From assembly GCA_020137815.1 (NCBI GenBank), contig CM035353.1:2232001-2296000 (forward strand): 64,000 bases of DNA, written 5' to 3'. The stretch is from Hormiphora californensis. Lineage: Eukaryota; Animalia; Ctenophora. Of the stretch, positions 29,697-42,854 are shown one piece after another (position 1 is the first letter of the stretch; each line of letters opens with the position of its first letter). The notes beneath the pieces were generated by a model. That model was not told where the DNA came from. It searched no databases and saw nothing but the letters and a program-made list of their open reading frames with translations. Position numbers and translations under genes: made by a program.

Positions 29697-31112
29697 TCAC
29701 ACCTCCGCCAATTCAACATCCTTAGTCTCTTTGTTAAACACCAGAGTTCCAATTAATCCGACAACAGTTACTGCAATGAAAATCCCAATTACAAGGGTGG
29801 GACTCACATAAAATACCAAATACACCATCCCTGTACCAATAACGCCACCAAGTTTTCCCCAGCTGTTTATAAACCCAATGGCAGTAGCTCGCAGGCAAGT
29901 GGCAAACGATTCAGGGATGATGATCCAAAGTAGGGTGTTCACAACGGCCTCTGCTAGTTTGAGTCCAGACACAATTGTAAGTGTCACGGCATTACTGATA
30001 CAGATAAGTAGACCCAGGAGACAGGCAAGGGCCAGACCACTAGCCACTCGAAGTGGGATAAGTCGTCCTATGTAGGACGCACAGAGGAACCCTATTAATG
30101 AGCCGAATATTGCTGCAACAGAGGATAGGGACAACTTCCACAGGTCTTCCTGGGTCAACATTGTGCAGTCATGTTTAGGGGTGACACTTCCAGTGCCACA
30201 GTACTTGGAAGAGAAGAATAGAGGGAGGAAGATAATCAAGCCAAACTCGAGGAATATGTTGGCAAAGTAAACCACGCTAAGACTAATTACACTCCTTTTA
30301 TTTGTCTCATTGAACAGCATGCTATAGGATCCGAGTTCTTCGTTTTGGTAAACAACCACTTCGACATCATCTTCCAGTTTGACCTTGTTCAACCTGGCCA
30401 TAAATCCCAGGGCCTTCTTTAGCTCTTCATCCTTACCGCTGACACACAGATAACGGGGCGACTCCGGGAGAGTTGCAGTTAGGACCAGGGCAGGAATAAT
30501 CGGGATGGACACCACCAAGATGAACCATCTCCACCCGATGGCATTTAGAAGAAAGTACGCTAGAACATTGACTGCAGCACATCCAATAAAACAAGCCAAT
30601 ATCAGCACATAGATACCTACTGCTCTGTATTTGCTTTCAGCATATTCCGTGGCGTAGCAGACCATTGAGCTAAAATTAACCCCAACACAGCAGCCGGTTA
30701 AAGTTCTCCCTGCCAGAAATACCCATTTGTTGGGTGCCATGGCGCTCACTAAAGCCGATACAAGGAGGAGGATGGTCGCTGATAACACAACTGGTTTTCG
30801 GCCGTATACATCTCCTAACTTTCCGAACAACCCTGCACACACTGCATACCCCACAAACACGGACTACTGTGATAGCTGCCTCGAAAGTAGTTGGTTAGGC
30901 CCCACTCGCATCGAATGGCAGGCATCATAACGGATAGTAAGCGTCAATTCGGCGTAATCAGAATACCCGACCAGGGCAACTAGAGTATACAAAAGATACT
31001 GAAATCGCCCCATTCCAATGGTCTCGTAGACTTCATTAAGAGTTCGTTTCGGTGTTGAGGATGGGGCTGGATCAGTAGCACCGTATCCGTTGCCTTCTGA
31101 GTTTTCTACCAT
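29697..31112 (-). CDS. SVOP/SV2-like MFS transporter, intronless; frame disrupted at about 30860-30945 by three +1 insertions (error or pseudogene)
   Basis: IGMGRFQ, GKLGDVYGRKP (MFS motif A), YATEYA, GWRW, LPESPRYL, PESFATCLRATAIG; ATG at 31112. Confidence 0.85.
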
Positions 31113-31620
31113 AGTAACATGTAGCACAAAAACAAAAAGAAACAAGTAGGCTGGCCCACTACAAATAGTGAGACTGAAAAAGTCTCCATCAATAAATTGA
31201 CCAATCGGCGGTTTTTGAGTCGCATAGTTCTGATACAACCGGATACAATGAAATAGTGTTTATTTAGGACTGCAGACGACTCGGAGATTTTATTTCAAGG
31301 AAAAGATAATCGGGACGGAAAGGTTACCCTACTATTTGAGCTACCTTTGTACATTCCCTTGTGAAGATAGACGAAGCTTCTGTACCCTGTGAATTTTAAG
31401 GTGGCAAAAGTAGCTCAAATAGTAGGGCAACCTTTCCGGCCCACTAATTTCAATTAGTTTTGGTATAATATACAGTATACACTATTTCATTGTATCGGGA
31501 TTGTATCAGAAAAAGTCTCCATGAACTCACATACTATTATATCGTATCTTACCATACATGATGCTCCTTTAGTACCGTCTTGATACAGCACATTATATTA
31601 CTTTGTTTTCTTTGTGGGCG

Positions 31621-33030
31621 ATGACAGAGGCCTCGACTTCTAACACCAGTTATGGGGCAACCGATGATGCTCTTTCATCAAAACGGACTCTAAACGAGGT
31701 TTACGAACGTATCGGAATGGGCCCATTTCAGTACTTGATGTATGTGATGGTTGGATTCTGCGAATGCTCTGTATTCGTACAACTAAATGTAGTGTCTGTC
31801 ATGATTCCCGCACTTCGCTGTGAGTGGAATCTATCACATTACTTTGAGGCCGCCATCACTATATCAGTATTTGTGAGTTATGCCATTGCAACCGGAGTTT
31901 TTGCAAAGTTTGGAGACGTGTATGGAAGGAAACCCGTTCTAACGATCGGTTTTATTGTGCTGATTGTGGCAATCGTCTCCAGTGCCATGGCTCCCAATAA
32001 ATGGGTGTTTCTGGCAGCCCGCACTCTGACAGGAGCGTGTATTGGGGTCAACTATGGTCCCATTATATTATATGCCACGGAGTTTGCTGAGAGTAAGTAT
32101 AGAGTTGTAGGCATGGCCGTAATGGTTATGACAGCATACTCCAGTACTGCTGCCGTCAACCTTTTAGCATACTTTCTCCTAAATGCCATCGGGTGGAGAT
32201 GGTTCATCTTGGTGGTGTCCATCCCCATTATTCCTGCCCTGGTCCTAACTGCAACTCTCCCGGAGTCACCCCGTTATCTGTGTGTCAGCGGTAAGGATGA
32301 AGAGCTAAAGAAGACTCTGGGATTTATGGCCAGGTTGAACAAGGTCAAACTGGAAGATGATGTCGAAGTGGTTGTTTACCAAAACGAAGAACTCGGATCC
32401 TACAGCATGCTGTTCAACGAGACAAATAAAAGGAGTGTAATTAGTCTCAGTGTTGCTTATTCTGCCAATATATTCCTGGATTTTGGTTTGATTGTTTTCT
32501 TGCCCCTCTTTTTTTCTTCCAAGTACTGCGGCACAGAAACCATTACCCCGGAACACCGCTGCCAGATGCTCACCCAGGAAGATTTGTGGAACTTATCTCT
32601 GTCCTCTGCTGCAGCCATTATCGGAGTAATCATCGGGTTCCTCAGCGCCTCCTTCATCGGGAGGGTTATACCCCTTAGGGTTGGGAACATTTTTGTGCTA
32701 GCATGTCTCCTGGCCCTGCTAGTATGCATCAACCATTTTGTAACGTTCACCACTGTCTCCTTGCTAAAGCTTACCGATGCAACTGTCAATATTTTACTCT
32801 TAATTATCCAACCCGAGGCATTTGCCACCTGCCTGCGAGCTACTGCCATTGGGTTTATTAACAGCTGGGGAAAACTCGGTGGCGTTATTGGTACAGGGAT
32901 GGTGTATTTGGTATTTTATGTGAGTCCCACCCTTGTAATTGGGATTTTCATTGCAGTAACTGTTGTCGGATTAATTGGAACTCTGGTGTTCAACAAGGAA
33001 ACTAAGGACCTGACAATGCAAGAGATATAA
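31621..33030 (+). CDS. SVOP/SV2-like MFS transporter, intronless, 469 aa
   Basis: IGMGPFQ, LRCEWNLS, GDVYGRKP, GWRW, PESPRYL, LRATAIG, NKETK; about 12 TM segments. Confidence 0.92.
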   Translation: MTEASTSNTSYGATDDALSSKRTLNEVYERIGMGPFQYLMYVMVGFCECSVFVQLNVVSVMIPALRCEWNLSHYFEAAITISVFVSYAIATGVFAKFGDVYGRKPVLTIGFIVLIVAIVSSAMAPNKWVFLAARTLTGACIGVNYGPIILYATEFAESKYRVVGMAVMVMTAYSSTAAVNLLAYFLLNAIGWRWFILVVSIPIIPALVLTATLPESPRYLCVSGKDEELKKTLGFMARLNKVKLEDDVEVVVYQNEELGSYSMLFNETNKRSVISLSVAYSANIFLDFGLIVFLPLFFSSKYCGTETITPEHRCQMLTQEDLWNLSLSSAAAIIGVIIGFLSASFIGRVIPLRVGNIFVLACLLALLVCINHFVTFTTVSLLKLTDATVNILLLIIQPEAFATCLRATAIGFINSWGKLGGVIGTGMVYLVFYVSPTLVIGIFIAVTVVGLIGTLVFNKETKDLTMQEI

Positions 33031-35228
33031 TGAAGAGTGAAGGGAACATTAATTATTAGAAATATAACAAGTATTTAGATGTGATAGGATTTAACTGTAC
33101 ATTTATAAAGATAATTGTAATATAAAGTTAATTGTAATATAAATGGCTTTAAATTCTTACCTTTGTCACGAAATATTTCTACTGCCGAGACAACTTTACC
33201 ATCCTAACTACGAAAATTGTTGATGTTAGGAATGGGGATATATTTATCAGGAAAACACGGTGACTTATGGGGCTGTGGCATTGCCACCAAAGAATAATTT
33301 AATCAATAAACCCACGACCAGCCCCTGGTTATATAAACCCGCAGTTTTACGAAGTTATAAACTGGGAGATATTACACGAATAACACGAGGAAGCTTCGTT
33401 AAATTTTGTATCATTTGTTACAGTTAATATAGTCATCTGAAAATTGTCAAAAAATAGCAGTATCTTTATTTACAATCACACCGTTTCATTTATTAGTGTT
33501 TACAAGAAGCCATGGTTCACTCACTCATCTCTGTACAAGTATTTTGATCAAGATCGCATGGCACACCTCACTTTTGGGCAGTGAACATTAAATCAACAGA
33601 CTGACCAGCTTCTATATTGACTACTTGGGTGTGTTTTGTTTTGGCATTACTGACACTATAAGAGCCAGGTGGGAGGTTTACATTTACTCCCCCACTCCCG
33701 ACATGTCCCACATCACCTCCCTTCGTGTTGTGATACCTGCAGGGTGGTGGCGTTATTATAAAACAGGAACATTTCTCCGAATGATGTTTAAAATACGAAT
33801 CTTACGTAACCGGAATTGTCTTGTCGAAAAGTATCGCCCACCCCTCCCCCCGCCCCCTGATGCTAATACCACCGCAAACATCATGTTCAATTTATGAATA
33901 CACACAATTCAAGCTTTAAATTGCATCTTTTTTAAACAGATGTGTGCAGCACTAGTGCCTCCTACTATGTCAGAACTACCTTCTACAATGTGTATCCTCC
34001 CTTCCACTCCCCTGATGCGCTCTGACACAACTTCTTGTACTCTTTCCGAGGGCATTAGCGAGGGCATCAAAAGCCTCATCCACCGTGAGAGGATTCACAT
34101 CGTGATGGATGGATGGTGCGGTAAGAGGTGCAGGCCACTCAACCTCCCTCTCTTTGGCTCGAGATAAAACATTTCGTCCTGTCTCCATTGCTCGGCACAT
34201 TGTACAATTCGACCACTGACTTGTCTCCATACTTGTTTCTGCTAAAAGACGTCAAATTTCAAAAGGGTACTGTGAACAGTAATAGTGGATTTGGATTAAA
34301 GTTTTGTAATGGAAAACCACTAGAGACATCAGGGGGTGAAACGGTGCATCCCATAATGGAAAATGGCTACTTTTGTCGAAAACGGAAAAACTGTCACGAG
34401 GTTGAAAAATTAAAACTTGAGCGAAAAATATTTGCAAGAGAATTTTCAGCGCGCGGCGAAAGAAAGTAAATTTTTGGCAGCGCTTTTGCCATTTTATGGC
34501 AGGACACTTCGCGCGTTACATTTACCGCGACACAGATTTGACTAAACTCTATCAATTTGTTTCCCCGTCTGCCGGCCAACGCGACGTTAAAATAGGGCCA
34601 GCGTTAAAATCTGTAAATCTGGGGGCGCCGTTACGATCTGGGTGTTTGGAGGCCTGTTTACAGGTGCGCGCTGCCAAAAAAGTTGATTCACTAAAATGGC
34701 TCTAACCGCCAAACCACTCAACCGTTTTGGCTGATTCAAAGTTTATCTGGTAGGGAATGTCAAGGCCTAACCGGCCAGCGTTAAAATCTGGGTGTTTTGG
34801 GAGTGCTGACAAACGGTTTTTTAGGGTTAGGGCTAAAGTAGGGTTAGGGTTTGGGTTGGGGTTAGGCCTTGACATTCCCTACCAGATAAACTTTGAATCA
34901 GCCAAAACGGTTGAGTGGTTTGGCGGTTAGAGCCATTTTAGTGAATCAACTTTTTTGGCAGCGCGCACCTGTAAACAGGCCTCCAAACACCCAGATCGTA
35001 ACGGCGCCCGTTTGGGTTGGGGTTAGGCCTTGACATTCCCTACCATATAAACTTTGAGTCAGCCAAAACGGTTGAGTGGTTTGGCGGTTAGAGCCATTTT
35101 AGTGAATCAACTTTTTTGGCAGCGTGCACCTGTAAACAGGCCTCCAAACACCCAGATCGTAACGGCGCCCTTAAAATAGGGATCCCTAAAAAAGTTCAGT
35201 ATTTACACAGCGTTTACACAGTCTTTAA

Positions 35229-35899
35229 AGTAAGAGTGGCACGCCATGTTTTCTCACAAAACTTGGTGAATGAACGGGGAGTACCACCAGGACCATTGGT
35301 ACGGTATAGAAAATTTCCAATTCCGTCTCATTTATTAGTTATGACGTAATATGTTCATTATTTCAACTTTCACAAAATTGCTCTACAGAAAAATCTGTTC
35401 ATCGTGGATTGAAATGGATGCTTGCATCGTGTTCAGCGTCAAAAAATAGCCGGGGTACCAAATTTTGGTGTCTCTACCTTGTCTGTGACGCGAGATATTG
35501 ACAAATATCAAAAACGACAAAAGTGAGAGAAAGAGAGATTGTTACAAGTGGGTGGCGCGCACAAACAACTAGCACCCAAAGATAACAAACTCTCTTTCTC
35601 CCATTTTTGGTCGTTTTTGATAATTGTCGATATCTCGCGTCACAGACAAGGTAGAGACACCAAAATTTGGTACCCCGGCTATTTTTTGACGCTGAACACG
35701 ATGCAAGCATCCATTTCAATCCACAATGAACAGATTTTTCTGTAGAGCAATTTTATGAAAGTTGAAATAATGAACATATTACGTCATAACTAATGAACGA
35801 GACAGAATTGGAAATTTTCGATACCGTACCAATGGTCCTGGTGGTACTCCCCGTTCATCCACCAAGTTTTGTGAGAAAACACGGTGCGCCACTCTTACT
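35229..35899. mobile_element. About 670-bp foldback element, Kolobok-like
   Basis: TTAA|AGTAAGAGTGG...CCACTCTTACT|TTAA; arms about 300 bp; TTAA TSD with RR termini. Confidence 0.8.
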
Positions 35900-36295
35900 T
35901 TAATGTCCATTTTTTTCAACTGTTCACCCCCCAAAGTCGTGCGCGGAATTGTTTTGCGCGTTTATCACATGTTAACGTGTAGCACGTGCAGCGTAAATTA
36001 AAATATCGCACGTGCACGAGTTGGAGGGTGAACAGTTGAATAAAAATGGACTTTACACAGTCGTTACATCCAGAGCGCCTGCGCCGCTCTGGGTGTAAAG
36101 ACTGCGTCTTTTGCACTCGATTTGCAGCGTTTTTGGAAACTTTTTTCGCCGCGGCGCTCAATTTACTCAACTAGCAAAACTAGGGGTCTGTTTCTATGTT
36201 TTTCTCTCTTTCTCTGCCTGTCTGCTATATGCTATGTGATGTGATCCCTCAAGTCGCAAGCAGTTCTCAACACGTGTGATACGTGATACCTACGA

Positions 36296-36400
36296 ATCAC
36301 GTCGTCACACTGACGGATCACATCGTCACACTGACGGATCACATCGTCACACTGACGGATCACGTCGTCACACTGACGGATCACGTCGTCACATTGACGA
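36296..36400. repeat. 21-bp tandem repeat (cacgtcgtcacactgacggat) x5; related copy at about 42860-42905
   Basis: Direct reading. Confidence 0.9.
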
Positions 36401-37971
36401 TAGGGTGTCACATTTCCGTGCAAATTTGCATTAGATATAGTTGCAGCACACAATCCAATATTTTCCTGAAAAAAACCGCAAAACGCAGCACGCGCCGCTC
36501 TGGGTGTGTGTGTGTGTGTGTGTGTTTTGCACCGCCCGTCATTCCACCCACTTTACTGCCCCACAATGGTCGGCAGCCAACCTCTATTAATATCACTCTT
36601 CGCCACCGTCCCCCACACGTAGGGATAGTGTTGATGTTGTTCCGGTTTGGGTCCTGGTATTTTGTCGAGCAAGCTCAACATTTCCCTCGAACCTTTGCCG
36701 GCATCACAAGAAGAGTATTTGATACAGTGAATCTAATAGTAGACTGACATACCTATATTGTCAGGGCAACGGATGGAATTTACCTGTCACACAGACTGGT
36801 CTCTGGTTACTACTGCTCCAAGGAGCTGTAGAGGTAGGTGGGTTGCCGGATATAACAATACCGTGGGTTCACCATCTAATCGGTGACGGCTGAAATATCT
36901 TATCACACCTCAGGTCTTGGGTCAAAACCGCTAGCAGTACTTATCAGCATGCAACCTGGGGGTCCGGACAGCTAATTTCTTAGCAAGCACAGATAAGCAT
37001 GAAAACGCTTATGTTAACTCTGGTGAGCATTTGGCAAATCATCATCTCCCAGGGGTTGCACTTTTGCGGGGTAACTACTTGCCATATGGCGGAGGTGGCC
37101 ATTTGTTTGGCCCAGACCTGCCCTACCACTCTTGGGTCCCTTATAGCGTTGTTATAGACGAAAACTCCCCCATAAGTAGCGTTGCCCTATAGTTTGCCAC
37201 TTGTTCCAGGTTGGGATAGTTAGGGATGGTATAATCGAATAGGTTACTTTTGGCTATTAGTTTGGAGAATCTTACCAAATCAAGTGTGTTGCTTGATCTG
37301 TTTGTCAGTGAGGAGGATTGTTCTAGATATATTGCAAAGGTAGTATGTGGCAAAAATTTGGGCAGAGGCTCCCCAGGGGAATAACCCCTATAACGACTGT
37401 GTAAAGACTGTGTAAACGCTGTGTAAATACTGAACTTTTTTAGGGATCCCTATCTGAGTGTTTGGAGTGTCAGCACTCACTGTTTTTAAGGGTTAGGGCT
37501 ATAGTGGAGACAGGGTTAGGGCTGGGGTTTTGGGTTGGGGTTAGAGCTTGAGTCTTGACGTTTCCTATCAGATAAACTTTCAATTAGCCAAAACGGTTGA
37601 GTGGTTTAGCGGTTAGAGCCGTTTTAGTGCAGGGTAATCCGTAATTTTTGGCAGTGTGCACCTGTAAACAGGCCTCCAAACACCCAGATCATAACGGCGC
37701 CCCGGCTGACCACTCAACCGTTTTGGCTGATCCAAAGTTTATCTGATAGGAAATGTCACAGTTTTTACACAGCACTCACTGTTTTTAGGATTAGGGCTAA
37801 ATTAGAGTAAGGGTTGGGTTGGGGTTGCGGTTAGGGCTTGAGATTTTTTATCAGGTAAACTTAGAAATAGCCAAAACACCCATATTGTAACGGCGCTCTG
37901 AAAATAGTTCAAAAAATGAAGGGGGCAGCTCCGCCTTGGGTGGTGTGATGACAAATCAGTTTATTTAGTCT

Positions 37972-38365
37972 GAGTCAGGACGACAGGACACTATTGGTGC
38001 ACGGTCGTGCCCACGGAAGGAGTGCTTGGATCATCTTGAAACCGGTTTTAAAGTAACTAATGCATACCCAAAAAAGTGTCTGTAGCCATTTGGGTGATGT
38101 TCTGACAATCCAATCACGAGTTATGACCGAAAAAACAATGAAAAAAGGGCTGTGTTCAGGTCCTCCTTTTTGTCAGTTTAAAACGTCTTTTTTCATTGTT
38201 TTTTTTTTCGGTCATAACTCGTGATTGGATTGGTAAAACATCACCCAAATGGCTACAGACACTTTTTTGGGTATGCATTAGTTACTTTAAAACCGGTTTC
38301 AAGATGATCCAAGCACTCCTTCCGTGGGCACGACCGCACACCAATAATAATAGTGGTCCTGACTA
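37972..38365. mobile_element. About 390-bp palindromic MITE
   Basis: About 37990-38145 is the reverse complement of about 38190-38346. Confidence 0.8.
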
Positions 38366-38508
38366 ATTACTGAAATACAATTTTAGACCTGACCTAATGA
38401 CGTGTTCGATTAGATAGTATTGATATTGTTTAATGATACAACCGAAGCTACCATTCAGTACCTGATGTTTGTCTCGGAGACGTAAGATACTTTTAGCATA
38501 CCTCTTAG

Positions 38509-38603
38509 CAGGAACCGACCGTCACAAGTAAACAACCAACCATGTCACGTGACTGGTTATCAGCCAATCAGGGACCGGTATTTCCAGATTCGGTCGGTTC
38601 CTG
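38509..38603 (-). mobile_element. hAT-like MITE (internally deleted), TSD CCTCTTAG
   Basis: 8-bp TSD. Confidence 0.9.
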
Positions 38604-39940
38604 CCTCTTAGAGTCTGTGAAGCCCCGTACGTTTGAGGTTGTCTTATTAGTTTAGTGTCTTCTAGACTGCAATCCAATAGCACGGACCGCCCTGTTTTAA
38701 TAAATAACCAAGCAAAGTGGTTGGATCCATTGCAACCTATTCTCGCTCCCGTGTGCGGGATTCGCGCCAGGTGTCTATGTCACCAAGCCAGGTGGTTTGT
38801 AATGATTTATGATGACTTTCAATACAAACCTTTATTAACGAATGCACGACAATTTTTTCATCAAATCCGGGACAAGTCACCCGATAGTTTATAGTGTGTA
38901 ATTTCCACCCATCTTCCCAGCATATTTATATTACCAAACACGGTATAGAACGCTAAGCATTTTTGAATTTATTGGTATAATTTCACATTATTTTAGGATG
39001 CAGTAATTTCAGAACGCCGCCATATGGGACTCCTAACCTGAAGATTCCCAACGCTAAGTTTATATTGGGTGAATACCATGACTTTTTTGTTGGTATGGCA
39101 CCCCACCAACTCACCAACCACACTCGGGCTAGTCCAGCATCTGTGTCGATAAAGAGTAGCGGCGCACCTACCCCTGGTAATGACCGAGAATTTATTTACA
39201 ATAGTTGTTAATGAATGTACTACATTTTTATTTTATTTTGGTTTTGTTCTTTGTAAGTTGTATCGTGTTAGGGGCTATCGTTTTCCATGGTAGCTGTATA
39301 AATTATAAACATTTGTTACCTGTCTTCTCAGCAATCTATGTTTTTCAGATATAGAAACGATAATGACCATAACGACGAAGAGTGCTCCCATTTACAACCG
39401 ACAAAGAAAACCAAAAAGTACGGGGTTTCCGTTATATATAACCATCAATTATTATAATATTCTAATTTCGTTAGTTAACATTGCATTGCTTTCAGATACA
39501 CGTTTAAAGCAAGCGACCGCTCTACCACAGATTTACAGTACAAAGACATTACCCTTCAAAAAAGGTTTGTATTTTTGTTATAAATCAACGCATGCCGACT
39601 GTATTTAGGTGCATAAATGTTCCCAGTCTGTCGGCTCTAAAACCGGGCCTTCGGCTTTGGATACAGAAAAGCCCCTCAACAGCGCTTGGCACTTGAGTCC
39701 TTCAATCTGCAAAAGTCAAGTATATAATTTAGCAAGAACCGCGTCGTAGAGCTTGGTGACGCAGTCACCCTTACTGCACTACCAGCCGCGTGCAGCATTA
39801 CCAATCGTAGAGCCAGTGGTTTTACTAACTTACTTACACCTTACACATATTTTTCTTTCTTTTTCAGAGAAATCTTCACTGCAAATTAAGAGACATAAAT
39901 CAATGCCACTCGCACAACCTGGTAAGCAAGAAGAAAAAGA

Positions 39941-39981
<41 letters not shown>

Positions 39982-40704
39982 TGTGTGTGTGTGTGAGAGA
40001 TAAAGGGATGTTGGTGTTTTCTCCTTTCAAAGATACGTGGTATTTTCAATTGAGTAACATCAATACACATTATAATATTTTGATACAGATTCAACTCCTG
40101 CATACGGAGAAAGGAGGTTACGCACCAAAGTGTTTCTAAGTGATGGGATGAACAAGAAACTTAAAAAGACTGATGCCCTTGGGGTACCACCTGCAACACC
40201 TACTAAAGGTACACTATGACAGCATGAATGAGGAAGTTTTGTCCTTCCGGCTGGTTGGATATAATAAGTAAGCGGTATCTTGCAGCTAGTAGCAATCAAC
40301 CGATCCTCAATCTCTGATAGCATGGAGAGCAATATCTGAACTGTATCTGACTTATTGCATGCCTGCACCTATTTAGGTGCAGGTATGCACCTCTAACCTG
40401 TTACGAATTACAAACATTTCAGAGCACTTGGAAACTGTTCAGTACATTCAATGTCTCTCGGACATCAAAGGAAAGCGGAAGTTATCTACCAAGCTAGGTG
40501 AAATTGGTGAGTGAATTTGCAACCACTACCTGGAATATCAGGACGTTTGTTGTTCAGAACAGCACATTCTCTTCTTCTGAATTCTGATAATATATCTGAG
40601 ATATTGCAACCACCTCCCTCCATTGTGATCTGAAACATACCTATTACATAACCTGAACATTAGATTACCCATCCCCAAATTTGTACCGAACTTGCCACAC
40701 TTAC

Positions 40705-41974
40705 TCAGTTTCCTGCAGAGAGGAGCGTCAATATGTTCCACTCTCCGTCTGAATTACAGGTCCTCTCACGGCTAACATCTCGCACGTGCTTCAGTTGATT
40801 GTCACCGTCTGTCCGGGATCACTATCGTTCCAACTTCCTAGCACAGAACCGTCTACAACAAACCCGGGACACACTGTAATGGATTGAAATGGTGTTGGGA
40901 GATTTTAGTTGCAGCTGATCACCATTTTCAACAATACAGTATAAAAGGATTAAAGGTCAAAGGATTACCCATCCCCAAATTTGTACCGAACCTGATAAAA
41001 TAACTAAGTTTCCTGCAGAGAGGAGCATCAATGTTCCACTTGACAGTCGATGGCCGCCGTCAAAGATCATGTCCAAGATCAGTATCGTTCCAACTTCCTA
41101 GCACAGAACCATCTACAAAGCGCCGTAGGATCTGTCAGAGCATTGGCCCTATCAGCCGGGATTATCTCAGATGAAGCTGGTCCCTGATTGGCTGATAACC
41201 AGTCACGTGACCTAAATAACGAGTTCTGATTGGTCAGAGCATTGGCCTGACCCTATCAGCTGGGATTATCTCAGATGAAGCTGGTCCCTGATTGGCTGAT
41301 AACGAGTCACGTGACCTAAATAACGGGTTCTGATTGGTCAGAGCATTGGCTGTTCAGCAGCACTAGTGACTAGAGATATCTATGTTAGTCTAACTTGGCA
41401 GGTGAGTAGAACTTCACTCCTAATAAAAGGCTGCAATAAAAGGCTGCAATAAAAAGGCTGCAATAAAAAAATTCAAAAAAGGCTGCAATAAAAGGCTGTA
41501 ATAAAATGCTGCAATAAAAGGCTGCAATAAAAGGCTGCAATGGATCACGTATCCAACTAGACTAAAGCGGGAAATAGACCGAATCGCCAATTGGCGCCAC
41601 GTGACGAAAATCAACTTGGCGCCAATGGCGATGGTCATACTATTTTTCACTCACCTGCACATCGTCAATTGGCACCAAGTGGCGCCAGTTTTTGGCGCCA
41701 ATTTGATGCTAATTTGGCCCAATTGCGCATCGCCAATATTTGGCGCCAATTGGCACGCAAGACCTAAAGTTCCCCTTTACCTTTCAATGCAACTGCTTAC
41801 CTAGTTGTCTACAAAGAGGGGCATCAATGTTCCACTCTACGTCAGAATTACATGTCCTCTCAGAGCTGCCGTCTCGCACGTGCTTCTTCTGACAGTTGAT
41901 GGTCACCGTCTGTCCAGGATCAGTATCGTTCCAACTTCCTTGCACAGAACCGTCTACAACAAACCCGGGACACA
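40705..41974 (-). pseudogene. Three tandem single-Sushi exons: intact 41801-41974, degenerate about 40705-40875 and 41005-41118
   Basis: VCPGFVVDGSVQGSWNDTDPGQTVTINCQKKHVRDGSSERTCNSDVEWNIDAPLCRQL with cag| and |gtaag; the other copies carry frameshifting indels. Confidence 0.7.
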
Positions 41975-42077
41975 CTGCAATGGATTGAAATGGTGTTGGG
42001 AGATTTTAGTTGCTGCTGATAACGGCTGTGCACCATTATCATGACTAGTAAAACTGGGGCGATCGCAAATCGAAGGA

Positions 42078-42211
<134 letters not shown>

Positions 42212-42232
42212 AATTGTGATACGTTATACCTA

Positions 42233-42854
42233 CGGTAGGCGGGCTCTAGTGCTAACGGACTCTTTATCTAAATTCAAGGCGGACTCTATATCTAAAAGCG
42301 GACTCTTTATCTACAGTTTGACTTTGAAAAAAGTTTAGATAAAGAGTCCGCCCAATGTAGACTTTTAGACATAGAGTCCGCCCTGTGTAGACTTTTTAGA
42401 CATAGAGTCCCCTAGTACATTTTTGCGCCAAATCCCCCAACCCGGACTCTATGTCTAAAATCCTAAACCAACCCAAAACCTAACCCTAACCATCACCCTA
42501 ACCTAACCTCGAACCCAACTAATGGCCCTAACACTTCTAAATTAGTATAGAGGTACAGCAAACTCTCGTTTCCGGCCTAACGGCCGAAATCTCGAGTTCG
42601 CTAAGAATGGCGGACTCTATGTCTAATTTAGATTTATACAAATTAAAAACAACAGCAGTTTTTAATTTAGATTTATGTAGATATAATAGAGTCCGGCCTT
42701 TGTAGACTTTTTAGATAAAGAGTCCGCCCTGTGTAGACTTTTTAGACATAGAGTCCTCCTAGATTTTAGACTTATTTGGACTCTTTATCTAAACCTAAAT
42801 TTAGATATACAGTCCACTGTAGACTTAGAGTGTAGCACTAGAGTCCGCCTACCG
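42233..42854. mobile_element. About 620-bp TIR element, possibly Mutator-like
   Basis: CGGTAGGCGG.CTCTAGTGCTA...TAGCACTAGAGTCCGCCTACCG; 7-bp perfect (ATACCTA) or 9-bp near-perfect TSD; empty site at about 36285. Confidence 0.8.

Larger units (their letters stand above)
35179..37450. mobile_element. About 2.3-kb TA-flanked TIR element
   Basis: TIR GGGATCCCTAAAAAAGTTCAGTATTTACACAGCGTTTACACAGTCTTTA and its reverse complement at 37402-37450. Confidence 0.8.
34621..37900. mobile_element. Cluster of GGGCGCCGTTACGATCTGGG-type inverted-repeat elements with GGTTAG-rich interiors, hosting nested elements
   Basis: 34621-34770 inverted at 34862-35009, repeated at 35020-35170 and 37560-37702. Confidence 0.75.

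Noticed and set aside
33940-34130. Possible exon with ag|...|gtaag
   Set aside because: No recognisable protein and no partner exons
34820-34870. Telomere or chromosome end
   Set aside because: Only short degenerate GGTTAG tracts inside TE interiors
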